The notes under the pieces are model-generated. The model was given only the letters and a program-made list of their open reading frames with translations, did no database searches and was not told where the DNA came from. A program made the position numbers and the translations under genes. A stretch of 64,000 nucleotides of DNA from Giardia intestinalis (lineage: Eukaryota), in assembly GCA_000002435.2 (NCBI GenBank), contig CM018793.1; one strand, 5' to 3'. Position 1 is the first letter of the stretch. Every line of letters starts with the position of its first letter. Shown here one piece after another: positions 19,401-28,783 of this stretch.

Positions 19401-19456
19401 TGCTCACTCGCTGTGTATAGTTGATTAATCAGCTTGTGCACCATGGAGCGACTCAT
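16448..19456 (-). CDS. Hypothetical protein (1002 aa)
   Basis: Long uninterrupted ORF with ATG at 19454-19456 (complement). No recognisable motif. Confidence 0.75.
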   Translation of the reverse strand: MSRSMVHKLINQLYTASEHLSSDSFVSSAACDTLIQSLLQQFFVKQGSLFLVTSCPAALERSAVFFFGPYGPFIKAVYTRSLRSITSYKVPLSAISQLYAELVDINSILLPRYYHYKMTKSSDGDIVLNTLEYAIVTICSAGINCRVSSKEDNATDKIRTTPYNKLILEYLQALRKQDSILYKPLAMEDVQRADDVSMQRSCTISFSPFSVSTFPRTVGDLFISLACDCWFARNIPISTAEQISVPLEALKDFCQTREVSPDATAEERALHTRALGSSHYRTLAYDCTVRPVTDRPCFLTNILDLAYMFARYVVSPAASLNYGALNTISNIMESTRHAILADWQAECPPSHTVDPSLVAGGRKSIYTPDDAMLQKSNYLYVMRNGSEAILSYFVRTNGVSNKLEAATGKSFLRRYAPAFSEIVETRVLPIFFSFLRSLFQGEPVVNKVYLYLLMSRIYGELLCLDPSKLSSDTETYLTDESAELRLSIEDERRLRAAIAIRAPFYTTLLVEWLRHVASVHIKILSETTSLIDKGALRYGSPLSLFNLRSLYCQNYCKPIQHLAALSSVTRWLSHSFVEPILSSLGTIASKITPLDIEVDALLFTARARALMVYAACEPVLWRPAIEKGSAGSRVATIASQLYPTPATKCLLSTEYFKRSVSEASHSLLEDIHHVYFAMSKQHKISGLRFDSRQGTRCYLSIDSAGMLTDIAAQKAYPLCTGYIGLLDMALAHSGEEHLPHDQDRAFFKEYMDQFTHYSSRVKSYLSRLNHSSNVTMNSVLSLQSAVFPWERLLLRLAGWQRGVPILKNVYSISHIYNLLYADMTRGFAGVISSTKHGVSPRRVANRGPRDRPMDIVSSPEYKRLRKISGSSNALKYAAYCMSNSATKILVNSGLLEDKEGDMSHSMLAAVRESTGHVSTIIQPVRPDEFAVLVIALDALAMWINYFLSLIVHVLYLVHKSPRLERRLEQGFTLTFRVLASKRLWGLILLVGLMAWLVRLLLL

Positions 19457-19625
19457 TTCAATTTTTAGAGTCTCCCGTCACGGCGTATCCCAAGAGCCAA
19501 CGCAGTTTTAAATACGTTGTATCCCAACCTTAATAACAAGACATCGTCTTTTACACATGTCAATGGACCGCTATAGCGTCAAAGATCGCTGCTAAAGCCA
19601 ACGGAATTTAAAATTTACATCTTAG

Positions 19626-20717
<1,092 letters not shown>

Positions 20718-20745
20718 ACCATCTCACGTTGCCAGCCACAGCCGC

Positions 20746-21231
20746 TTAGTAGTACATATCACTAGAACTAGACTCCACAAGTATGCACTGGCGGTGGTTA
20801 CTGCTAGGGGGTCGCCGGTCTGCATTCTGTTCAGTCTGGACTGACACGGAGGCTTTAAACTCTTCTGGCCAATCTCCCCTTTCAACCAGCTGGAAAATAT
20901 TTTTCTCTGTCAGCACGGCGTCGATGACAGCCAGTATATCCTCGATCTTCTCTATGTTAGGGCGAGCCCCGTCCGGTCCTGATTCAGACCCAAGCTCAAG
21001 TCCAAGCTCTACACGGGTATACGGAAGTGTTGCAAGACAGAATTTATGCTTTCCGAAGAACACCCGATCGTTGAACTTGCAGGGTAGTTGAGCCTTGAGC
21101 CGTTGTTGGCAGCCAGGAACCTTCAGTGCAAACAGCGACGAACCCAAAGGCTGAACATTCTGGCCTATCACCTGATAGCTCGACAGGTAGGGCACCTCAT
21201 CAAGAAGAAGATTGCTGGCATCGCGCGACAT
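20746..21231 (-). CDS. Hypothetical protein (161 aa)
   Basis: ORF with ATG at 21229-21231 (complement). Convergent with FEN1 across a 28-bp gap and divergent from the kinase gene across an 81-bp A/T-rich spacer. No family recognised. Confidence 0.55.
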   Translation of the reverse strand: MSRDASNLLLDEVPYLSSYQVIGQNVQPLGSSLFALKVPGCQQRLKAQLPCKFNDRVFFGKHKFCLATLPYTRVELGLELGSESGPDGARPNIEKIEDILAVIDAVLTEKNIFQLVERGDWPEEFKASVSVQTEQNADRRPPSSNHRQCILVESSSSDMYY

Positions 21232-21312
21232 AAACGCAAATAGGATTTTTTCCTTTAAAAATAGTTTGGCACTTTTATTGAAACCAAACAGCCAATCAGA
21301 CAGACGCTCAGA

Positions 21313-22206
21313 ATGGATTGCTATGAAAGGGTCTCCGTCATCGGCAAAGGCCCTCTGGGATTAACCTACAAGATGAGAAATAAGGGAACAAATGAACTTG
21401 TGGCTTGTAGAATTATCGACCGAGTTGACGAGCCATCAGGCCAGGTCCGGACCATTCTCGAGGAGACGATAGTCTTTGCTCCCCTAGCCCATCCGCATAT
21501 TGCTGGCTGTCTGAGCCTCCACCACGATCGAGCAAAAGATATGTTCTACTTTGTCCAGGAATACTTTCCATGCACACTGCACGATCTTTTGATAAAGCAC
21601 CAACACTCGGGGACGTACTTTAGCGAAGACGCCATCTGGGAGGTTCTTACACAAATGCTGTTAGCACTCACATTTCTACACAGCTCTGAGGGGAAGTCTG
21701 TCAAGAACTGCAACTATGAGCCTCTCATTGTTCACCGGCTGATCCATAGCAATCTCAAGCCATCAAATGTAATGATAACACCTGATGGACGAATCAAGCT
21801 CGTGGATAACCGCATTCGACAGCCCATCCGTGCGTATCTTGAGAGATGCGGAGACATGTCTCTCCACTACTATACGGCTCCGGAGCTTTACGACTCTGAG
21901 GATAAGTGGACCGAGGCAATTGACGTCTGGTCTGTCGGGTGTATCGCTTACCACATGGCTGCTCTCAAGCCGCCGTTTCAAGCTGCCATGTTGGATCAAG
22001 TACTTGCCCAGCAGCGCGCCGGCACTTGTGCCTCAATCCCTTCGCACTACTCCTGTGATCTTCAGAAGCTTATATCTTCTATGTTGACTGTGGATTGTGC
22101 CAGCAGACCGTCCATCTCGAGCCTCTCTTCTCATCCACATATTCACCTCACCATGGACCGACTTTCTAGTTCCTCACGGACAAGCCTTGCAGTGTTGCTC
22201 ACATAG
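21313..22206 (+). CDS. NEK-like protein kinase-fold protein, predicted catalytically inactive (pseudokinase)
   Basis: The kinase fold is recognisable: Gly-loop IGKGPLG, the SPE/APE-like YYTAPE, and the DxWSxG motif DVWSVGC. Key catalytic residues are replaced: beta3 Lys to Arg (LVACRII), HRD to HSN with a 4-aa insertion (HRLIHSNLKPSN), and DFG to DNR (KLVDNRI). Confidence 0.8.
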   Translation: MDCYERVSVIGKGPLGLTYKMRNKGTNELVACRIIDRVDEPSGQVRTILEETIVFAPLAHPHIAGCLSLHHDRAKDMFYFVQEYFPCTLHDLLIKHQHSGTYFSEDAIWEVLTQMLLALTFLHSSEGKSVKNCNYEPLIVHRLIHSNLKPSNVMITPDGRIKLVDNRIRQPIRAYLERCGDMSLHYYTAPELYDSEDKWTEAIDVWSVGCIAYHMAALKPPFQAAMLDQVLAQQRAGTCASIPSHYSCDLQKLISSMLTVDCASRPSISSLSSHPHIHLTMDRLSSSSRTSLAVLLT

Positions 22207-22231
22207 TCCAAAAGAGCACACATTCTCGTCC

Positions 22232-22238
22232 GTTTACT
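22232..22238 (-). terminator. AGTAAAC polyadenylation-signal-like motif embedding the TAA stop of the karyopherin gene
   Basis: On the minus strand the sequence reads CAAGTAAAC. The TAA stop (complement of 22234-22236) lies inside AGTAAAC. Confidence 0.5.
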
Positions 22239-25221
22239 TGTCAACACAACTTCCAGTGATCAGCGACGAGCAGGCATTCAAGAAGGAGCGATGGATCTCG
22301 CTGTAATTAGGATCAACCTCCCCCTCGACCTCGTTAGAGATCTTCTTCAGGAACGAGTAAATAGAAGAACGGCATGCATAGTTGCTGAGCATTGCCACGC
22401 GCGCAGAGGCAATGGTGAACATCGACAGGAAGATGCCTTTAAACGGCATGTTGTAGATCATCTTCAGATTGAGCTGGATGGATTCATCTTCGTAGGTATG
22501 ACACTGAATGATGGTCTCAATAGAGCCGCTCATAGACTCTAGAAAGACATCTAAAGGAATCGTGTTCGTGACAGACGTGTAGAGGACCATCTCGAAGAGC
22601 TTTACTGTGGCTTTAGAGAGCTGAGCTAGATCAACAGAGACATACTTGAGGCCCCGCTTATCTGTTCTTACGCCGTTCTTGCATAGCAGCGAGCAGTCCT
22701 TCAGAAGCCTATAGAGCTCTTCAATAGGCTTCGTATAGCACTGGCAGGCCTGTGACCCAAAGGAATCAGACTGGAAGGAAAGGTATCTCAGGCGTGTTGC
22801 TTCAAACAAAAGAAGAACGATTGCCTCTTTTGTCTTTATAGTAGATGCACCGTTGAATCGCGAGAGCATTATTTTATAAACAAGCTCCATCTTGTCCGGA
22901 GAGGTTAGATGGAGCAGACTTTGCACCAATGCCACAAACGTGTGATGTGTGTGGTAGGCATCTACATTCACCTCGATGAAGTGACCGCAGATGGCGAGAA
23001 GGGTTGGCCGCTCAGAGCTTGTGCTCCCAGGGGTCGAGCATGTGGAAACTGATACTCCGGGCTGAAGCCACTCTTGGATACAGGTGCTGATTTGTGGGAT
23101 CAAGTTCTCAATGAAGATAGCCTGGATAATGAAGTCTGCGGCAGCCATTTGCACCTTATCTAGATCTACTCTGGTATAAATTTCTAGAAGTAGCTGCAAC
23201 ACAAGTGTAAGCGCTGATAGGATCAAATCGACATTGAAGTTCTTCGAGCTGCAATAGGCGTACGATACCAAGGTCTGGGTCATATACGTGAGGACCATCT
23301 CCATGAAGGAGGTCCCTGCAGGCATCTCATCGCCATTAGACGTCAGGATACGAGGCCCAATATCTTTTAGCACAGTGATAAAGAACGAGAGGCACTTATC
23401 GAGACCTTCCACGCTGTTTGCCTCGGAAAAGCAGGCTGTTATAAGCTCTGCATGCTGATTCCCCGCTTGAATGAGGGCGCCGGCATTCACCTCGTCCTTT
23501 GAAAGCACAAAATTGGCTATCTCCGTGGTTACATGCTGTAGGATTGGAGGTAGATATGCTATGAGATATTGGCATATTTCTGCGTTCTCATAGAAGTATG
23601 TAAAGACTTGGAGCCCGTATCCCATTATCTTTCCGGATGGTAGCTTGTTATACAGAAGGGGCTGGACACACTTATTGAGGTACAACTCTATAAGCGGTGT
23701 AAGGCGTTTCGGCATTTGCTCGGCCAGCCGTGTAACCAACTCTGCAGCCAAAACAGATAAAGACGGCATAAAGTGGGGAAGTCCTTCTGTTGCATTTTGT
23801 GTCACAATAAAGGACACCCGATCGAAGGTCAGATTGAGAAGCCATGTGATTTGGGGTGTCAGGGTATGAGACTCTGGTAGCCCGTCTGCCACTTTACAGA
23901 TAAATGCTCTAATGATGAGGAAAATATTTAGATCCTGCAGGCAGCCCGTTAGGTTACTGGGGTCTTTGCACGGCCCAGTCTGGAACAATGCTTCGAGGGA
24001 CTTAAAGACTAGCGGAAACATGTTGGTGTAAAAGTGAACACTAGATGACACTATATACCCAAGGGTTATCGATGCAGCGTCCTTTATGTTCCCCACATCT
24101 GTTGCATGGATGCTCTGCTCGGTAAATTGGTCGGAGAAAATAAGAGGGAGAAGTACCCCCGAAACCAAGGACTCCATCATGGTGGCAGAGAATTCTGAAC
24201 GACCTATGAGCTGGGTTGTTGCCATGACATTCCAGAACTCCAGGACAGCCAAGATGTTCGCCAGTGGGTCGTGGTAATAACCAGATGGCAGACATCCGCC
24301 AGGGAGTTGGGCTTGCAGCTCCAGGTGCGCCTGTTCTGCATCTGGGCTCCCTGACTGAGCAATGTAAGCTGTTTTGGCCAAGGTTGTTATGCGCACGGCC
24401 AGTGATAGAGGCAGCGACACCTGTGTATTCATCCCATCGTTGACCGTAAGAGCATCAGGGGACGTAGTGAGAAGAGCAATTAGCATGGCCATGATAGGAG
24501 TAGTAAGAAGAACTGAGTGAGAGGCGCCAAGGGAAAGGAGTACTCCCAATAGCTGACAAACAAACGTTGGGTCGAGTGCCCCATACTTGAACTTCTGGGT
24601 CAGGATCTTTAGTCCAGCAGACATGGTACCAGGTGTAGGGTCAGTCCCTATGGCGTCCTTGACGCAGAATTCAACGATACCACTGGGGTCATCCAGTTTC
24701 TGTGCTTCGGCGGGGGAAACATCCTCGTAGAAATATACAAAAATATTGAGCACTTCCTCACGCATCTTAGGAGAGGCCTGTTTTGCATCCATGTATACGA
24801 TTCTAATGTTGTCTAATATTAGTTTAACTGAATTGTGAGCGACCGCCATCTCTGCCTCTAGAACGGCGCTCAATATGTTTGCCATGTACATGCTCACCAC
24901 GGGATCAGCCAGAGATGAGAACAAAGAGCTCACTAAATCTGCACGTTCTCGCTGTCTAAACGCATGCCAAACCTCTAAATGGTGCTGCCTCATGGCGACG
25001 TCGACGAAACGCATGAAGTTTTTTGCTTGGATTGCAGCCTGTTTGCGGATGCCCGGGTCCTTTGTCTGGTCTGATACAAGTTGGAGCAGAAGACGATAGT
25101 AATCTTTGTCGGCATCGACCACGTATTTGTTAATAGCTTTTGCCGCATCCACTCGTGCGGTAGCATCGTGAGACGTTGCACTTGCCAAGAGAGCCACAAG
25201 ATAATCGAGCGTAAGTCTCAT
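22234..25221 (-). CDS. Importin-beta family karyopherin (importin/exportin)
   Basis: The track ORF (to 25284) begins at a TTG. The first ATG is the complement of 25219-25221 (MRLTLDYLVALL...), preceded by an A/T-rich leader. The N-terminus carries the importin-beta N-domain signature DATARVDAAKAINKY...DPGIRKQAAIQAKNFM (compare VRQxAAxxLKN). The remainder is HEAT-like and about 1000 aa long. Confidence 0.7.
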   Translation of the reverse strand: MRLTLDYLVALLASATSHDATARVDAAKAINKYVVDADKDYYRLLLQLVSDQTKDPGIRKQAAIQAKNFMRFVDVAMRQHHLEVWHAFRQRERADLVSSLFSSLADPVVSMYMANILSAVLEAEMAVAHNSVKLILDNIRIVYMDAKQASPKMREEVLNIFVYFYEDVSPAEAQKLDDPSGIVEFCVKDAIGTDPTPGTMSAGLKILTQKFKYGALDPTFVCQLLGVLLSLGASHSVLLTTPIMAMLIALLTTSPDALTVNDGMNTQVSLPLSLAVRITTLAKTAYIAQSGSPDAEQAHLELQAQLPGGCLPSGYYHDPLANILAVLEFWNVMATTQLIGRSEFSATMMESLVSGVLLPLIFSDQFTEQSIHATDVGNIKDAASITLGYIVSSSVHFYTNMFPLVFKSLEALFQTGPCKDPSNLTGCLQDLNIFLIIRAFICKVADGLPESHTLTPQITWLLNLTFDRVSFIVTQNATEGLPHFMPSLSVLAAELVTRLAEQMPKRLTPLIELYLNKCVQPLLYNKLPSGKIMGYGLQVFTYFYENAEICQYLIAYLPPILQHVTTEIANFVLSKDEVNAGALIQAGNQHAELITACFSEANSVEGLDKCLSFFITVLKDIGPRILTSNGDEMPAGTSFMEMVLTYMTQTLVSYAYCSSKNFNVDLILSALTLVLQLLLEIYTRVDLDKVQMAAADFIIQAIFIENLIPQISTCIQEWLQPGVSVSTCSTPGSTSSERPTLLAICGHFIEVNVDAYHTHHTFVALVQSLLHLTSPDKMELVYKIMLSRFNGASTIKTKEAIVLLLFEATRLRYLSFQSDSFGSQACQCYTKPIEELYRLLKDCSLLCKNGVRTDKRGLKYVSVDLAQLSKATVKLFEMVLYTSVTNTIPLDVFLESMSGSIETIIQCHTYEDESIQLNLKMIYNMPFKGIFLSMFTIASARVAMLSNYACRSSIYSFLKKISNEVEGEVDPNYSEIHRSFLNACSSLITGSCVDK

Positions 25222-25344
25222 CCCTCCAGTAACACAGTTTATTTCCAACTGTTTCAATAAACTTTGGCAATTAATACTTAGCAAAATAAATTTAAAATGA
25301 GTACTCCCAGGATAAATTGAGGAGCATAGGTGAGATCGCAGGCG

Positions 25345-25665
25345 ATGTCTTACGAGCAGATGTCAAGGGAGGAGCTTCTTGTCGAAATTAAACAGTTGCA
25401 GACGGCTAATTCCCAGTTGGCGCAGCAGAACATGAAGCTGGTCTTTCTTAATAAGGAAAGAGATCAGCGTCTCATGCGCTGCGAGGCCGTCATTCGGCGA
25501 TACCGGTCTAGGCTTGTAAGGTGGTTTGAAGACATGCAGCATGACCCTCTAGCATTTGATATTCCCGAGCAGGAGGAGGTCGCCATGGCTACCTATGGGG
25601 TGGTATCCACAACGAGTATCCATAACGAACAAGATGCACTGCAGGCAGAGGAAGACGGCGTTTAG
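25345..25665 (+). CDS. Small hypothetical coiled-coil protein (~106 aa)
   Basis: The track ORF starts at a GTG (25330); the first ATG is at 25345. The ORF ends with TAG at 25663-25665. Heptad-like pattern LLVEIKQLQTANSQLAQQNMKL. Coding status is uncertain. Confidence 0.45.
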   Translation: MSYEQMSREELLVEIKQLQTANSQLAQQNMKLVFLNKERDQRLMRCEAVIRRYRSRLVRWFEDMQHDPLAFDIPEQEEVAMATYGVVSTTSIHNEQDALQAEEDGV

Positions 25666-25692
25666 TGGGGTGGCCAGGCATCCAAACACTCA

Positions 25693-25699
25693 AGTAAAT
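25693..25699 (+). terminator. AGTAAAT polyA-signal-like motif overlapping the initiator of the next gene
   Basis: CAAGTAAATTAAAATG: the motif lies 28 nt after the TAG at 25665 and 4 nt before the enkurin ATG at 25704. Confidence 0.45.
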
Positions 25700-25703
25700 T
25701 AAA

Positions 25704-26585
25704 ATGCCCACTCAGCGTTATCATCACCAGGACTCTGTGGTTGGAGACCTCATCAACCCAGTTCAGGGGATTCGCGACGAGCAGCGGCGGAAGGGAATCC
25801 AGCCCAAGGACCATATGGCTGAAAATCGCCGAATCATTCGAAATATTAGCCATCAAAAGCAGCGCGAGGCCCTGAAGAAGGAGGAGGAAGCCAATGCAGA
25901 GAAATTCAAATTAGCGGAATACCAGAACGTAGGGTCTCGAGTCATGCAAAAGGTGAATGAAGCGAAGGCAGAAGAGCCGAAGGATTTCCTTAAAGCTCAC
26001 TCCGGTGCAGCAGGAGCTCCCCACATGTATCCCAGAGAGGCCACCACAGCTGGGTCTTATGTCCCTCGGCAAAGCGCCTTGCCAAGCGTTCCAAAACAGG
26101 AGGATCTTGCGCGGGAGTATGAGGAACGCAAACAAGCCCGAATCACCAAGGAGGTCAATATCATCAAGTCAAACATGAACGCTATAAAGCGCCAGACAGA
26201 GGCCATGAGGGCAGCCGAGGCTGCTCGGGCGGTAGGAGCCGAGCAGACACACAAGCGCGGAGAAGTCCCGGCATATCTAAAGCGGTTTCAGAAACAGCAC
26301 GCTGCTGAAGAGGCACAGAAGCAACGGGAGCAGGAGGAAGCTAGAGAGCGTGCTCGCGTACCCCATGGGACGCGACTTGTTGGGCCCGAAGAGAAGGAGC
26401 AGCTGCTTTCTGAGTTGCGCAAATCTTTACAACTAGAACTAAAGCGACTTAACTCCTTTAGCGTGGCCAACGATTCCATGCAGCTTATTAAGGCACGAGA
26501 GGAGTGCGAAAGAAAAATAGATCAGATTGAAAAGACCATTCGTGAGTTTGAACGCCCAGGAGACCTGTTTTTGGCACTCGACTAG
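25704..26585 (+). CDS. Enkurin-domain flagellar protein
   Basis: 293 aa. The N-terminal PKDHMAENRR and PKDFLKAHSG motifs resemble the enkurin PKDFLKKHSKE motif. The C-terminal region VPAYLKRFQKQ...GPEEKEQLLSELRKSLQLELKRLNSFSVANDSMQLIKAREECERKIDQIEKTI aligns with the mammalian enkurin IQ/enkurin domain (TPEYICKRNEE...SDEEREAVLQGLKKNWEEVHKEFQSLSVFIDSVPKKIRKQKLEEEMKQLEHDI) as I remember it. An AGTAAAC follows the TAG stop. Confidence 0.68.
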   Translation: MPTQRYHHQDSVVGDLINPVQGIRDEQRRKGIQPKDHMAENRRIIRNISHQKQREALKKEEEANAEKFKLAEYQNVGSRVMQKVNEAKAEEPKDFLKAHSGAAGAPHMYPREATTAGSYVPRQSALPSVPKQEDLAREYEERKQARITKEVNIIKSNMNAIKRQTEAMRAAEAARAVGAEQTHKRGEVPAYLKRFQKQHAAEEAQKQREQEEARERARVPHGTRLVGPEEKEQLLSELRKSLQLELKRLNSFSVANDSMQLIKAREECERKIDQIEKTIREFERPGDLFLALD

Positions 26586-26614
26586 GTCCAGACAGAGTAA
26601 ACAAAAAATCAACT

Positions 26615-28732
26615 ATGGCCGATGGTCCAGCCCAACCCGGAGAAGCACTGGTGGTCATCACAAATGCAGACATATATATTAAGGAGTCAGCTATCACCCA
26701 GCAGCTCCGCGATACAGGAATAGAGTTCAATCGTGTCATCAAGAAGCGAGGATCCCAGCGGGCATTTGTTTTCTTCCAGACGGCTGACAATCTTGACCAG
26801 GCTGCTGCTTTAATACGGATGCTCAAGGCCCCAATTAGCCAGCAGCTTTACGTCTGCGATGTAGTCTCGCATGGGTCTGTCCCCACGCTGCCGGCCACTG
26901 TCATTGGTGCGGATGTGAAGACGGTGAAAGGCCTCCTCAACTTCTCTCAACTTAATGACAATCCAGAGGACGAGACAGTTCCAAACAAATCAATGACTCT
27001 CCCATTTGATGAGCACAGTCTGTCGGCTGCCACAGACCAACCTCAACAGCCAATCAACTTCCTACCACCCAAGCGGTTAATAGCACGATCATCAGCGCAC
27101 ATAGTGCAGGTTGTTGCTCCGTATTATAGTGACAATTCCGAAGATGAGCTCCAGACTAAGTCCAAGTTGATACGAAACGCAGTCAAAGGCCAGATGGCAA
27201 AGATGTACAAAAATCATAGAAATACAGCTGTAATTCCACTGTGGGCTAAAAGGAATGAGTGTGTGATTCACCTTCGGCAACCAGTGCCCGTTTACTCTCC
27301 GCCCCTCCTAACGGAATATAGATCAAAGGTGGAGTTTACTATTGGATGGACAGAGAGTGTACTGGACTCCCCATGCGGCTCGGTCAAAGCAAGGAGTGAC
27401 GCCTCTGATGGCGCCCATTCGCCAATAACCATTGCTGTTGGCCCATGTGTTCGTCAAGGGAAACGTGTTACCATTTTTAGTTCTGCCCATCTGCACGAAG
27501 CATGCATCTTTCCACCCGTTACTACGAAGTTATCAAGCACCCTTGAAACTGTGCTCTCCGAGGCCCATGCGTCAGGGCACCTGTCTGAAGATGATCTATC
27601 TCTCTTTACTACTCTGGCTATAAGGTGTACCGGCAGTACGTCGGTCGTACGCTTCGATGTGACACAGCTCCTTGTGGGAGTCTTCCTCCGTATAGAGTTG
27701 CCTGATGCAACGCCTCCCGACGATTTTCAGCATCCAGAAAGCGATCCCAATCAACTCTCCTCTTCATATGTAGCCCAGGAAGTAACTTCAGACTATAGCA
27801 TTGCGCTTCAGAAGGCATGGCCACTAATTCTGAAGTTTCACGACCATGTGCATGACACACTGAAGAGTCGCTATCATATTGTGTTTTATGTTAAGGCTAC
27901 AGCCGTTCAGAAAGGAACGCCCCACCGTGATCGTTACTATCCAGTGACGTCTACACCGATGGAGACGAGCCCGTCACGCTTTTACATTACGCAGACACTT
28001 TATAATCTCAATTTCCGAATAGGGCCAGAGACTTTCTTTCAATCTAATCTAGCAGCATTCACTATGCTACTGGACTACATCTCAGACATAGTGGTCACCA
28101 TACTGGAGTCATCCCATATGAGCTCCCATAAGGATGAGATCAGCTCCTCTCTCCTGACTGTTGAGCTACTCGACATCTGCTGTGGAAGCGGCGTTATTGG
28201 ACAATGCCTGGCGCAGGTCGTTCTTAAGAAGATGATAAATGTTCAAAATCTGCACGTCAACATCAAGGGACTAGATTGTTCACAGAATGCAATCTGGAAC
28301 GCCGAATTTAACGCTTCAGAAAACTTCAAAGACAATCCTAATATATCTGCGCTTTATATATGCGGAAAGGCAGAGCAAACGCCAGAGTATTTTTCTGGAT
28401 CGGCAAAGATAGGTATTCTAGATCCACCAAGAACAGGGGTTTTTCAGAGTGTCCTCACGGCGATACGTCACTCAACTTTAGAGTACTTAATATACATATC
28501 GTGCAATCCTAAAACAATGAGCCAAAATATCATCGACCTTTCGATTGTATCTACAGATTCAGACCTCTCTAAGCGGACGGCGCCCTTCTATGTCGAGTCT
28601 CTTGTAGGTTTCAATATGTTTCCTGGCTGTGAGCATGTAGAGACGGTAGCTATTTTGCATCGATGTCCCGACTTGGAGGGTACACCTCCCAAGAAAATAT
28701 CTACCCCTGTCTCTGCAGACGAACAAGCCTAG
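26615..28732 (+). CDS. TRM2/TrmA-family tRNA (uracil-5)-methyltransferase with N-terminal RRM-like region
   Basis: 705 aa. The C-terminal SAM-methyltransferase motifs are LDICCGSGVIG (motif I), ILDPPRTG (the DPPR motif) and YISCNPKT (the catalytic-Cys motif), which is the TrmA/RumA signature. The N-terminal region RAFVFFQTADNLDQAAALIRMLKA is RNP-like. Confidence 0.8.
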   Translation: MADGPAQPGEALVVITNADIYIKESAITQQLRDTGIEFNRVIKKRGSQRAFVFFQTADNLDQAAALIRMLKAPISQQLYVCDVVSHGSVPTLPATVIGADVKTVKGLLNFSQLNDNPEDETVPNKSMTLPFDEHSLSAATDQPQQPINFLPPKRLIARSSAHIVQVVAPYYSDNSEDELQTKSKLIRNAVKGQMAKMYKNHRNTAVIPLWAKRNECVIHLRQPVPVYSPPLLTEYRSKVEFTIGWTESVLDSPCGSVKARSDASDGAHSPITIAVGPCVRQGKRVTIFSSAHLHEACIFPPVTTKLSSTLETVLSEAHASGHLSEDDLSLFTTLAIRCTGSTSVVRFDVTQLLVGVFLRIELPDATPPDDFQHPESDPNQLSSSYVAQEVTSDYSIALQKAWPLILKFHDHVHDTLKSRYHIVFYVKATAVQKGTPHRDRYYPVTSTPMETSPSRFYITQTLYNLNFRIGPETFFQSNLAAFTMLLDYISDIVVTILESSHMSSHKDEISSSLLTVELLDICCGSGVIGQCLAQVVLKKMINVQNLHVNIKGLDCSQNAIWNAEFNASENFKDNPNISALYICGKAEQTPEYFSGSAKIGILDPPRTGVFQSVLTAIRHSTLEYLIYISCNPKTMSQNIIDLSIVSTDSDLSKRTAPFYVESLVGFNMFPGCEHVETVAILHRCPDLEGTPPKKISTPVSADEQA

Positions 28733-28783
28733 AAGCGATGAATTATGGGCAAAAGCCACCGTTTACATAGACCATACAACGCG

